Assembly (NCBI GenBank): GCA_002269645.1
Contig: NIVC01001004.1
Coordinates: 72,382 to 136,381 of the forward strand
Origin: Macrostomum lignano
Lineage: Eukaryota
Direction: 5' to 3'
DNA: 64,000 bases
Of the stretch, positions 37,225 to 50,184 are shown piece after piece (the first letter of the stretch is position 1; each line of letters begins with the position of its first letter). The position numbers were made by a program, and so were the translations under genes. The notes below the pieces were generated by a model that was not told where the DNA came from, made no database searches, and saw nothing but the letters and a program-made list of their open reading frames with translations.

Positions 37225-39360
37225 ATGGAGCTGCAAAGTGTTCAAAGTCTAAATTCTGACATGGAACTGTACTCAAAACCAAATGGAGTTGCTATGACTA
37301 ATAGAGGTGCCGCGGTAAGCATTATAATTATTGCATCTTGCGTGCGCTTCAGTGCTTTGGCGGCATGATGTAAATATCTGTGCCATAGATGGTTCATAAA
37401 TGTCTGCCATAGATGGTTCATAAATATCTGTGCCATAGATGGTTCATAAATATCTGTGCCATAGATGGTTCATAAATATCTGTGCCATAGATGGTTCATA
37501 AATATCTGTGCCATAGATGGTTCATAAATATCTGTGCCATAGATGGTTTATAAATATCTGTGCCATAGACGGTTCATAAATATCTGTGCCATAGACGGTT
37601 CATAAATATCTGTGCCATAGATGGTTCATAAATGTCTGCCATAGACGGTTCATAAATATCTGTGCCATAGATGGTTTATAAATGTCTGCCATAGATGGTT
37701 CATAAATGTCTGCCATAGATGGTTCATAAATGTCTGCCATAGATGGTTCATAAATGTCTGCCATAGATGGTTCATAAATATCAATGCCATAAACGGATCA
37801 TAAATATCATTGCCATATAGATAGTTAATAAATATCATTGCCATAATTGGGTCATAAATATCAACGCCAACTAATACGACGTACAAACGTAGTTAAGGGT
37901 GCAAAAACCCGTGCAAGATTCGACAAGCTTTTATAAAGTACACGTGTAGTTTCTACGCTAGACAGACAGCCAATAAATTGCATTGCTGGCACAACATTTG
38001 GAGCAAGTCAAATAAACGTGATATGCATTAAAATCGATAAACATTTTAGCTCGCATTCGGGAGTCAGTGGACTCAACAGGTGGTTCGTTTTTATCGAATT
38101 TTTGTAGAGCACGAGCTTTGCTGGCATTCTCCCACCAGAGCGATAGCTTCTGATGTTGGCAAGCTTAGTAGCAGCCATGTACGGCTGGCGCCCCCTCTGT
38201 AGCTGGCGCCCCCTCTGTAGCTGGCGCCCCCTCTGTAGCTGGCGCTCCCTCTAGCTGGCGCCCCTTCTGTAGCTGGCGCCCCCTCTGTAGCTGGCGCCCC
38301 CTCTGTAGCTGGCGCCCCTTTTGTAGCTGGCGCCCCCTCTGTAGCTGGCGCTCCCTCTAGCTGGCGCCCCTTCTGTAGCTGGCGCCCCCTCTGTAGCTGG
38401 CGCCCCCTCTGTAGCTGGCGCCCCTTTTGTAGCTGGCGCCCCCTCTGTAGCTGGCGCTCCCTCCAGCTGGCGCCCCTTCTGTAGCTGGTAAGACAGTAGC
38501 GCCCACCAAGAGACAGGGCTAGGGGCGCCCACCAAAAGACAGGGGCGCCCACCAAAAGAGACAGGGGCGCCCACCAAGAGACGGGGGCGCCCACCAAGAG
38601 AGACGGGGGCGCCCACCAAAAGAGACAGGGGCGCCCACCAGGAGACAGAGGGCGCCCACCAAAAGAGACAGGGGCGCCCACCAAGAGACAGGGGCGCCCA
38701 CCAAGAGACAGGGGCGCCCACCAAGAGACAGGGGCGCCCACCAATCTCCATGATTGCCTGTGATCTTCCTGCCACTATAAAAGCCATTTGAACACAAGCG
38801 CTCATGGCTCAACCTCTCAGACTGGGTCAGCCGCAGATGCCTCCTGGGAACCAGCGACTCCTCAGCAGGAGCAGCGGGAGCAGAAGAGGCAGCTCAGCCT
38901 GTGCCGCATTGCTCTGTTCGGTCTGGCTGGGCCGCCACTGCAGATGACGGGCAACGTGGCAGCATTCTACTTCAGCATCTACCTGCTAGAGGTGGCCCGA
39001 CTTAGCCCGGCCTACGTGTCCATCATCAGCTTCTCCGGACGGGCGTGGGACGCCGTAACGGACCCGCTGATCGGGCTGCTGCTGTCCTGCACCAACACGA
39101 GATTCGGCAAAACCCGGCCGTGGATCCTGGGCTCGAGTCTTTGCGGCAGCTGCCTATTTCTGTTCATGTGGTGGCCGGTTGCGGCAGCTGAAACGCAGGC
39201 TGGCAAGTTTGCCTACTACCTGCTGATGCACCTGGTGTACTGCACCCTCGTCACGGTGAGTCAGTTTCAGTCTGTCTACTGTTGACTAATCATTCCGGTG
39301 CACCATTCCGGTCTGACTCTCTCTCTCTCCAGCCGTCTGACACACACACACACACACACA

Positions 39361-39440
<80 letters not shown>

Positions 39441-39480
39441 AGCCGTCTGACTCTCTCTTCTCTGTCTCTCTACCTCTCTT

Positions 39481-39564
<84 letters not shown>

Positions 39565-42500
39565 TCCGTCTGACTCTCTCCAGCTTTCTAACTCCGTGAT
39601 TTTCCCAACCTGTTGCGTGAATTGCGCCATATATTTTCATTCCAAACTTACATGCATCGAAACTCATAACTTATCAACAAGTCAAACAAATCCACACCAC
39701 AGTGCTACCACATCCCGTACACCTCCGCCACGGTGCTGCTGTCGCCGCATTCGGCCGACCGCGACGCAGCCACCGCCGCCCGCATCGCCTGCGAGCTGCT
39801 GTTCACCATCGTTGGCAGCGCCGCCTTTGGCGCCGTGATCGGCTCAAAGAGAATCGCCACCGAGTGCGGCAATTTTTCCACGAATGGCACCGCCGATATG
39901 CTGCTGAGGGCTTCTGAGGAGGTGGGCTGAGTCTTTGTTAGTTCCGTGTAGGGTGCCTGGGTAGCCTACAGGTTACCTGGGTAGGTTACAGAGTACCTTC
40001 GTAGGATAAAAGATACCTTGGTAGTTTGCAGGGTACCTGGGTAGGTGACAGGGTACCCGGGTAGGTGACAGGGTACCTGGGTAGGCGACAGGGTTCTCAG
40101 GTAGGTTAGAGGGTACCTAGGTAGGTTACAGGGTACTTAGGTAGGTTAGAGGGTACCTAGATAGGTGACAGGGTTCTCAGGTAGGTTAGAGGGTTTGAAC
40201 GACAAAAGAGAAATTCGAAAATTGCTATGCCGAAGTACGAGACCTAGGTAGGTTACAGGGTACTTAGGTAGGTTAGAGGGTACCTAGGTAGGTTACAGGG
40301 TACTTAGGTAGGTTAGAGGGTACCTAGGTACAGGGTATCTGTGTAGGTTGCAGGGTTTCTGAGTAGTGTCTATTCGCTGTGCTCAAGGGTACCTAGGTAT
40401 TTTAGCTATAACGAGGTTGCTAAGGTGCAAGTTTCGACCGGCTATTGATAAAACATTCAGCCTTTAAGCCTCTATCAGCTCTTTTATCTGTCCGATTTCG
40501 CAATTTCGTCTGTTATAAAATACGAATACAATTTAGTTTAAAAGTGCAGAAAAACCGCGTGCACCCCTGCAGGCAGCCAGTCCAGAGTTGTGATTTGCAC
40601 ACAGCTGGGGTAATTTAGCTTATCTATAAAATTATTATTCAAAGTTTCAACAGACTACAAGTAAGATTTTTGCAGACTAAAAACCCGCGTTGGGTGATCA
40701 TATTTACCGATAAAACTGGCTTTTTACTTTTATAGTTCAATGCATGATTACTAATAGCAGGTCCTTTAGTCGATTGAATTGAGTGACAGCCGATTGACAG
40801 ATACTGGGAAACGAGGAGTGACAACCGAGTAAAAGATATTGTAAAACGAGGAGTGACAGCCGAGTGACAGATACTGGAGGGTAGAGTGACAGATGCTGGG
40901 GGGTAGAGTGACAAATACTGGAGAGAGAGTGACAGATACTGGAGGGTAGAGTGACAGATACTGGAGGGTGGAGTGACAGATACTGGAGGGTAGAGTGACA
41001 GATGCTGGGGGGTAGAGTGACAAATACTGGAGAGAGAGTGACAGATACTGGAGGGTAGAGTGACAGATACTGGAGGGTGGAGTGACAGATACTGGAGGGT
41101 AGAGTGACAGATACTGGAGGGTGGAGTGACAGATACTGGAGGGTAGAGTGACAGATACTGGAGGGTGGAGTGACAGATACTGGAGGGTAGAGTGACAGAT
41201 ACTGGAGGGTGGAGTGACAGATACTGGAGGGTAGAGTGACAGATACTGGAGGGTGGAGTGACAGATACTGGAGGGTAGAGTGACAGACAAGAGGGCATAG
41301 ACAAAGATTTCAAACTATTTGAACCCCCGCAGAGAGACAGCTACAAGCTGGCGGCAGGAATCATCTCCCTGATTTATCTGAGCTGCGGCATTGTCGGCTT
41401 CTTGGGAATCAAAGAGCGAGTGGCTTCAGTTCGGGACAGTTCCGAGAGCTTTGCCAGCACGCTTCGGCGAATCGGCGAAGTCATCACCTTCAAGCCATAC
41501 GTAGCCCTCATGATGGCCTTCCTGTTCATGTCTCTGGGCATTCAGGTGAGTAGTTCTCAAAGGTAGTTGAGACGATTCTCATCGGTAGTTAGAAGCGATT
41601 CTCATTGGTAGTTAGAAGCGATTCTCATTGGTAGTTAGAGGCGATTCTCATTGGTAGTTAGAGGCGATTCTCATTGGTAGTTAGAAGCGATTCTCATCGG
41701 TAGTTAGAAGCGATTCTCATTGGTAGTTAGAAGCGATTCTCATTGGTAGTTAGAGGCGATTCTCATTGGTAGTTAGAAGCGATTCTCATCGGTAGTTAGA
41801 AGCGATTCTCATTGGTAGTTAGAAGCGATTCTCATTGGTAGTTAGAGGCGATTCTCATTGGTAGTTAGAAGCGATTCTCATCGGTAGTTAGAAGCGATTC
41901 TCATCGGTAGTTAGAAGCGATTCTCATCGGTAGTTAGAAGCGATTTTCATCGGTAGTTAGAGGCGATTCTCATTGGTAGTTAGAGGCGATTCTCATCGGT
42001 AGTTAGAAGCGATTCTCATGGTAGTTAGAGCGATTCTCATCGGTAGTTAGAGGCGATTCTCATGGTAGTTAGAGGCGATTCTCATCGGTAGTTAGAAGCG
42101 ATTCTCATTGGTAGTTAGAGGCGATTCTCATTGGTAGTTAGAGGCGATTCTCATGGTAGTTAGAGCGATTCTCATTGGTAGTTAAGCGATTCTCATTGGT
42201 AGTTAGAGGCGATTCTCATTGGTAGTTAGAGGCGATTCTCATTGGTAGTTAGAAGCGATTCTCATTGGTAGTTACAGCCGATTTTAATCGGTAGTTAAGG
42301 CGATTCTCATTGGTAGTTAGAAGGCGATTCTCATTGGTAGTTAGAAGCGATTCTCATTGGTAGTTAGAAGCGATTTCTCATTGGTAGTTAAAGGCGATTC
42401 TCATTGGTAGTTAGAAGCGATTCTCATTGGTAGTTAGAAGCGATTCTCATTGGTAGTTAGAGCGATTCTCATTGGTAGTTAGAGGCGATTCTCATTGGTA

Positions 42501-45500
42501 GTTAGAAGCGATTCTCATTGGTAGTTACAGCCGATTTTAATGGTAGTTAGAGGCGATTCTCATTGGTAGTTAGAAGCGATTCTCATTGGTAGTTACAGCC
42601 GATTTTAATCGGTAGTTAGAGGCGATTCTCATTGGTAGTTAGAGGCGATTTCATTGGTAGTTAGAAGCGATTCTCATTGGTAGTTACAGCCGATTTTAAT
42701 CGGTAGTTAGAGGCGATTCTCATTGGTAGTTACAGCCGATTTTCATCGGTAGTTAGAGGCGATTTTAATCGGTAGTTAGAGGCGATTCTCATTGGTAGTT
42801 AGAGGCGATTCTCATTGGTAGTTAGAAGCGATTCTCATTGGTAGTTACAGCCGATTTCATCGGTAGTTAGAGGCGATTCTCATTGGTAGTTACAGCCGAT
42901 TTTCATCGGTAGTTAGAGGCGATTCTCATTGGTAGTTAGAGGCGATTTCATGGTAGTTAGAGGCGATTCTCATTGGTAGTTACAGCCGATTTTAATCGGT
43001 AGTTAGAGGCGATTCTCATTGGTAGTTACAGCGATTTTAATCGGTAGTTAGAGGCGATTCTCATTGGTAGTTAGAGGCGATTCTCATTGGTAGTTAGAGG
43101 CGATTCTCATTGGTAGTTAGAGGCGATTCTCATCGGTAGTTAGAAGCGATTCTCATTGGTAGTTAGAGGCGATTCTTTGGTAGTTAGAAGCGATTCTCAT
43201 TGGTAGTTAGAGCGATTCTCATTGGTAGTTAGAAGCGATTCTCATTGGTAGTTACAGCCGATTTTAATCGGTAGTTAGAGGCGATTCTCATTGGTAGTTA
43301 GAGGCGATTCTCATTGGTAGTTAGAAGCGATTCTCATTGGTAGTTACAGCCGATTTTAATCGGTAGTTAGAGGCGATTCTCATTGGTAGTTAGAAGCGAT
43401 TCTCATTGGTAGTTAGAAGCGATTCTCATTGGTAGTTAGAAGCGATTCTCATTGGTAGTTAGAGGCGATTCTCATTGGTAGTTAGAAGCGATTCTCATTG
43501 GTAGTTACAGCCGATTTTAATCGGTAGTTAGAGGCGATTCTCATTGGTAGTTAGAAGCGATTCTCATTGGTAGTTACAGCCGATTTTAATCGGTAGTTAG
43601 AGGCGATTCTCATTGGTAGTTAGAGGCGATTCTCATTGGTAGTTAGAAGCGATTCTCATTGGTAGTTACAGCCGATTTTAATCGGTAGTTAGAGGCGATT
43701 CTCATTGGTAGTTAGAAGCGATTCTCATTGGTAGTTAGAAGCGATTCTCATTGGTAGTTAGAAGCGATTCTCATTGGTAGTTAGAGGCGATTCTCATTGG
43801 TAGTTAGAAGCGATTCTCATTGGTAGTTACAGCCGATTTTAATCGGTAGTTAGAGGCGATTCTCATTGGTAGTTAGAAGCGATTCTCATTGGTAGTTACA
43901 GCCGATTTTAATCGGTAGTTAGAGGCGATTCTCATTGGTAGTTAGAGGCGATTCTCATTGGTAGTTAGAAGCGATTCTCATTGGTAGTTAGAGGCGATTC
44001 TCATTGGTAGTTAGAGGCGATTCTCATCGGTAGTTAGAGGCGATTCTCATCGGTAGTTAGAAGCGATTCTCATTGGTAGTTAGAGGCGATTCTCATTGGT
44101 AGTTAGAGGCGATTCTCATTGGTAGTTAGAAGCGATTCTCATTGGTAGTTACAGCCGATTTTAATCGGTAGTTAGAGGCGATTCTCATTGGTAGTTAGAA
44201 GCGATTCTCATTGGTAGTTACAGCCGATTTTAATCGGTAGTTAGAGGCGATTCTCATTGGTAGTTAGAAGCGATTCTCATTGGTAGTTACAGCCGATTTT
44301 AATCGGTAGTTAGAGGCGATTCTCATTGGTAGTTAGAAGCGATTCTCATTGGTAGTTAGAAGCGATTCTCATTGGTAGTTAGAAGCGATTCTCATTGGTA
44401 GTTAGAAGCGATTCTCATTGGTAGTTACAGCGATTTTAATCGGTAGTTAGAGGCGATTCTCATTGGTAGTTAGAAGCGATTCTCATTGGTAGTTAGAAGC
44501 GATTCTCATTGGTAGTTAGAAGCGATTCTCATTGGTAGTTAGAGGCGATTCTCATTGGTAGTTAGAAGCGATTCTCATTGGTAGTTACAGCCGATTTTAA
44601 TCGGTAGTTAGAGGCGATTCTCATTGGTAGTTAGAGGCGATTCTCATTGGTAGTTAGAAGCGATTCTCATTGGTAGTTACAGCCGATTTTAATCGGTAGT
44701 TAGAGGCGATTCTCATTGGTAGTTAGAAGCGATTCTCATTGGTAGTTAGAAGCGATTCTCATTGGTAGTTAGAAGCGATTCTCATTGGTAGTTAGAGGCG
44801 ATTCTCATTGGTAGTTAGAAGCGATTCTCATTGGTAGTTACAGCCGATTTTAATCGGTAGTTAGAGGCGATTCTCATTGGTAGTTAGAAGCGATTCTCAT
44901 TGGTAGTTACAGCCGATTTTAATCGGTAGTTAGAGGCGATTCTCATTGGTAGTTAGAGGCGATTCTCATTGGTAGTTAGAAGCGATTCTCATTGGTAGTT
45001 AGAGGCGATTCTCATTGGTAGTTAGAGGCGATTCTCATCGGTAGTTAGAGGCGATTCTCATCGGTAGTTAGAAGCGATTCTCATTGGTAGTTAGAGGCGA
45101 TTCTCATTGGTAGTTAGAGGCGATTCTCATTGGTAGTTAGAAGCGATTCTCATTGGTAGTTACAGCCGATTTTAATCGGTAGTTAGAGGCGATTCTCATT
45201 GGTAGTTAGAAGCGATTCTCATTGGTAGTTACAGCCGATTTTAATCGGTAGTTAGAGGCGATTCTCATTGGTAGTTAGAAGCGATTCTCATTGGTAGTTA
45301 CAGCCGATTTTAATCGGTAGTTAGAGGCGATTCTCATTGGTAGTTAGAAGCGATTCTCATTGGTAGTTAGAAGCGATTCTCATTGGTAGTTAGAAGCGAT
45401 TCTCATTGGTAGTTAGAAGCGATTCTCATTGGTAGTTACAGCCGATTTTAATCGGTAGTTAGAGGCGATTCTCATTGGTAGTTAGAAGCGATTCTCATTG

Positions 45501-48500
45501 GTAGTTAGAAGCGATTCTCATTGGTAGTTACAGCCGATTTTAATCGGTAGTTAGAGGCGATTCTCATTGGTAGTTAGAAGCGATTCTCATTGGTAGTTAC
45601 AGCCGATTTTAATCGGTAGTTAGAGGCGATTCTCATTGGTAGTTAGAGGCGATTCTCATTGGTAGTTAGAAGCGATTCTCATTGGTAGTTACAGCCGATT
45701 TTAATCGGTAGTTAGAGGCGATTCTCATTGGTAGTTACAGCCGATTTTCATCGGTAGTTAGAGGCGATTCTCATTGGTAGTTAGAGGCGATTCTCATTGG
45801 TAGTTAGAAGCGATTCTCATTGGTAGTTACAGCCGATTTTAATCGGTAGTTAGAGGCGATTCTCATTGGTAGTTACAGCCGATTTTCATCGGTAGTTAGA
45901 GGCGATTCTCATTGGTAGTTAGAGGCGATTCTCATTGGTAGTTAGAGGCGATTCTCATTGGTAGTTAGAGGCGATTCTCATCGGTAGTTAGAAGCGATTC
46001 TCATTGGTAGTTAGAGGCGATTCTCATTGGTAGTTAGAGGCGATTCTCATTGGTAGTTAGAAGCGATTCTCATTGGTAGTTAGAGGCGATTCTCATTGGT
46101 AGTTAGAAGCGATTCTCATTGGTAGTTAGAAGCGATTCTCATTGGTAGTTAGAAGCGATTCTCATTGGTAGTTAGAGGCGATTCTCATTGGTAGTTAGAA
46201 GCGATTCTCATTGGTAGTTACAGCCGATTTTAATCGGTAGTTAGAGGCGATTCTCATTGGTAGTTAGAAGCGATTCTCATTGGTAGTTAGAAGCGATTCT
46301 CATTGGTAGTTAGAAGCGATTCTCATTGGTAGTTAGAGGCGATTCTCATTGGTAGTTAGAAGCGATTCTCATTGGTAGTTACAGCCGATTTTAATCGGTA
46401 GTTAGAGGCGATTCTCATTGGTAGTTAGAAGCGATTCTCATTGGTAGTTACAGCCGATTTTAATCGGTAGTTAGAGGCGATTCTCATTGGTAGTTACAGC
46501 CGATTTTCATCGGTAGTTAGAGGCGATTCTCATTGGTAGTTACAGCCGATTTTCATCGGTAGTTAGAGGCGATTCTCATTGGTAGTTAGAGGCGATTCTC
46601 ATTGGTAGTTAGAGGCGATTCTCATTGGTAGTTAGAGGCGATTCTCATCGGTAGTTAGAAGCGATTCTCATTGGTAGTTAGAGGCGATTCTCATTGGTAG
46701 TTAGAGGCGATTCTCATTGGTAGTTAGAAGCGATTCTCATTGGTAGTTAGAAGCGATTCTCATTGGTAGTTAGAAGCGATTCTCATTGGTAGTTAGAAGC
46801 GATTCTCATTGGTAGTTAGAGGCGATTCTCATTGGTAGTTAGAAGCGATTCTCATTGGTAGTTAGAGGCGATTCTCATTGGTAGTTAGAGGCGATTCTCA
46901 TTGGTAGTTAGAAGCGATTCTCATTGGTAGTTAGAGGCGATTCTCATTGGTAGTTAGAGGCGATTCTCATTGGTAGTTAGAAGCGATTCTCATTGGTAGT
47001 TAGAGGCGATTCTCATTGGTAGTTAGACAATTATCATCGGTAGTTAGAAGCGATTCAGTAATTAGATGGAAATTTTAAGGGTAGTTGGTCTCTGTGACTC
47101 GCCTCCACTTTGCAGACAATCCAAGCCAACTTAGGCCTATTCACTACACACCGTTTGAAAATTGGCTGGCACATGACTTTCGGTTTCATGTGCGTCCTTG
47201 TGGTAGCCACCCTGTGCGTGCCTTTGATGCACCTGCTGAATCAGCGAATCGGAAAGAAGAAAGTCTTCATTATTGGAGTGATGGTGAGTTCCTGCTGAAT
47301 GGGAATTTCTGGGGCAGCAAGTGGGGTGGCTGACTGGGTGAGGGGGGTTATTAAGAGAGGCAGGGAGTGGGGTGGCTGACTGAGTGAGGGGAGGTTATTA
47401 AGAGAGGCAGGGAGTGGGATGGCCGACTGAGTGAGGGGAGGTTATTAAGAGAGGCAGGGAGTGGGGTGGCTGACTGGGTGAGGGGAGGTTATTAGGAGGC
47501 AGAGAGTGGGGTGGCTGACTGAGTGAGGGGAGTTTATTAAGAGAGGCAGGGAGTGGGGTGGCCGACTGAGTGAGGGGAGGTTATTAAGAGAGGCAGGGAG
47601 TGGGATGGCCGACTGAGTGAGGGGAGGTTATTAAGAGAGGCAGGGAGTGGGGTGGCTGACTGGGTGAGGGGAGGTTATTAGGAGGCAGAGAGTGGGGTGG
47701 CTGACTGAGTGAGGGGAGTTTATTAAGAGAGGCAGGGAGTGGGGTGGCTGACTGGGTGAGGGGAGGTTATTAGGAGGCAGAGAGTGGGGTGGCTGACTGA
47801 GTGAGGGGAGTTTATTAAGAGAGGCAGGGAGTGGGGTGGCTGACTGGGTGAGGGGAGGTTATTAAGAGGCAGAGAGTGGGGTGGCTGACTGGGTGAGGGG
47901 AGGTTATTAAGAGGCAGAGAGTGGGGTGGCTGACTGAGTGAGGGGAGTTTATTAAGAGAGGCAGGGAGTGGGATGGCCGACTGAGTGAGGGGAGGTTATT
48001 AATAGAGGCAGGGAGTGGGGTGGCTGACTGAGTGACGGGAGGTTATTAATAGAGGCAGGGAGTGGGGTGGCTGACTGAGTGAGGGGAGGTTATTAAGAGA
48101 GGCAGGGAGGGGGATGGCCGACTGAGTGAGGGGAGGTTATTAGGAGGCAGGGAGTGGGGTGGCTGATTGGGTGAGGGGAGGTTATTAATAGAGGAAGGGA
48201 GTGGGGTGGCTGACTGGGTGAGGGGAGGTTATTAATAGAGGCAGGGAGTGGGGTGGCTGACTGGGTGAGGGGAGATTATTAATAGAGGCAGGGAGTGGGG
48301 TGGCTGACTGGGTGAGGGGAGTTTATTAAGAGAGGCAGGGAGTGGGGTGGCTGACTGGGTGAGGGGAGGTTATTAAGAGGCAGAGAGTGGGGTGGCTGAC
48401 TGGGTGAGGGGAGGTTATTAGGAGGCAGAGAGTGGGGTGGCTGACTGAGTGAGGGGAGTTTATTAAGAGAGGCAGGGAGTGGGGTGGCTGACTGGGTGAG

Positions 48501-50184
48501 GGGAGGTTATTAAGAGGCAGAGAGTGGGGTGGCTGACTGAGTGAGGGTAGTTTATTAAGAGAGGCAGGGAGTGGGATGGCCGACTGAGTGAGGGGAGGTT
48601 ATTAAGAGGCAGAGAGTGGGGGGTGGCTGACTGGGTGAGGGGAGGTTATTAGGAGGCAGAGAGTGGGGTGGCTGACTGAGTGAGGGGAGTTTATTAAGAG
48701 AGGCAGGGAGTGGGGTGGCTGACTGGGTGAGGGGAGGTTATTAGGAGGCAGAGAGTGGGGTGGCTGACTGAGTGAGGGGAGTTTATTAAGAGAGGCAGGG
48801 AGTGGGGTGGCTGACTGGGTGAGGGGAGGTTATTAAGAGGCAGAGAGTGGGGTGGCTGACTGAGTGAGGGGAGTTTATTAAGAGAGGCAGGGAGTGGGAT
48901 GGCCGACTGAGTGAGGGGAGGTTATTAAGAGGCAGAGAGTGGGGTGGCTGACTGAGTGAGAGGCAGAGATTGGGGTGGCTGACTGGGTGAGGGGAGGTTA
49001 TTAAGAGGCAGAGAGTGGGGTGGCCGACTGGGTGAGGGGAGGTTATTAAGAGAGGCAGAGAGTGGGGTGGCTGATTGGGTGAGGGGAGGTTATTAAGAGG
49101 CAGGGAGTGGGGTGGCTGACTGGGTGAGGGGAGGTTATTAATAGAGGAAGGGAGTGGGGTGGCTGACTGGGTGAGGGGAGGTTATTAATAGAGGCAGGGA
49201 GTGGGGTGGCTGACTGAGTGACGGGAGGTTATTAATAGAGGCAGGGAGTGGGGTGGCTGACTGAGTGAGGGGAGGTTATTAAGAGAGGCAGGGAGGGGGA
49301 TGGCCGACTGAGTGAGGGGAGGTTATTAGGAGGCAGGGAGTGGGGTGGCTGATTGGGTGAGGGGAGGTTATTAATAGAGGAAGGGAGTGGGGTGGCTGAC
49401 TGGGTGAGGGGAGGTTATTAATAGAGGCAGGGAGTGGGGTGGCTGACTGGGTGGGGAGATTATTAATAGAGGCAGGGAGTGGGGTGGCTGACTGGGTGAG
49501 GGGAGATTATTAATAGAGGCAGGGAGTGGGGTGGCTGACTGGGTGAGGGGAGGTTATTAGGAGGCAGAGAGTGGGGTGGCTGATTGGGTGAGGGGGGGGG
49601 GGTTATTAATAGAGGCAGGGAGTGGGGTGGCTGACTGGGTGAGGGTTTATTGATAGCGCAGGGGGTCAGTAGTGAGTGCGTTGAGACAAGTATGAACTAC
49701 AATGTAAATAAACAATTGAAATGGCCAAATGCGGGCTTTACACTAACATCTACGCAACTCCTACCAGATCGTGTTCCCCTGTCTACTGCTCACCCAACTG
49801 ATGGAGCCAAAGACCCTGTTCTTGTACTATTTAGTCACCAGCCTGTCCGGCGTTACAATCTCGGTAGCCATGCTGCAGCCGTGGTCGATGCTGCCAGACG
49901 TTATTGAAGTGTTCTACAAACGTCACGGTGACAGAATGGAGGCTACCTTCTATTCTCTGTACGCCTTCTTCACCAAATTTGCCGCGGGCATCAGCCTGGC
50001 AGTCTCCCAGCTGGCCCTGTGGCTCAGTAACTACGATAGCAACGCGTGCGAGCAGCCCGAGTCGGTGTCGAACACGCTGCGACTGCTGATGGGCCCCGGC
50101 CCGATCGCGTGCCTGCTGGTGTCAATGCTCATTATCATTTGCTTTTATCGGGTTCGACCAGTGGACAATGCGAGAGAAGAGTGA
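37225..50184 (+). CDS. mfsd2: MFSD2-like major facilitator (GPH/MelB family) transporter, join(37225-37314, 38821-39255, 39703-39921, 41333-41545, 47116-47283, 49768-50184), 513 aa
   Basis: The motifs GRAWDAVTDP, VT|CYHIPY, QPWSMLPDV, FYSLYAFFTKFAAG and CEQPESV match MFSD2A/B from memory. All five introns are GT-AG and phase 0. Exon 1 is inferred from ATG + open frame + GTAAGC donor and is the least certain. Confidence 0.9.
37372..37860. repeat. 24/26-bp minisatellite (AAATATCTGTGCCATAGATGGTTCAT)n in MFSD2 intron 1
   Basis: Read directly. It degenerates at the right end. Confidence 0.93.
38183..38488. repeat. GGCGCC-core minisatellite (TGTAGCTGGCGCCCCCTC)n
   Basis: Same family and orientation as 36033-36790. 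Confidence 0.93.
38497..38743. repeat. 20-bp minisatellite (GGGGCGCCCACCAAGAGACA)n
   Basis: Read directly. It abuts the previous array with the GGGGCGCC core in the opposite orientation. Confidence 0.92.
39316..39585. repeat. Compound (CA)n/(CT)n microsatellite in MFSD2 intron 2
   Basis: Read directly. Confidence 0.95.
39950..40340. repeat. 20-bp minisatellite (GGGTACCTAGGTAGGTTACA)n with a ~50-bp unique interruption near 40195-40245
   Basis: Read directly; MFSD2 intron 3. Confidence 0.88.
40855..41287. repeat. 22-bp minisatellite (GGGTAGAGTGACAGATACTGGA)n
   Basis: Read directly; MFSD2 intron 3. Confidence 0.94.
41561..47056. repeat. 23-bp minisatellite (GGTAGTTAGAAGCGATTCTCATT)n, about 240 units, with the variant GGTAGTTACAGCCGATTTTAATC
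   Basis: It occupies about 99% of the 5,570-nt MFSD2 intron 4. Confidence 0.98.
47320..49645. repeat. 45-47-bp G-rich minisatellite (GAGTGGGGTGGCTGACTGGGTGAGGGGAGGTTATTAAGAGAGGCAGG)n, about 50 units
   Basis: It fills most of MFSD2 intron 5. Confidence 0.97.

Noticed and set aside
38788-38820. TTG start of the ORF-track MFSD2 frame and the ATG at 38804
   Set aside because: ATG 38804 is out of frame. An acceptor at 38820 joined to the exon at 37225-37314 gives a better model.
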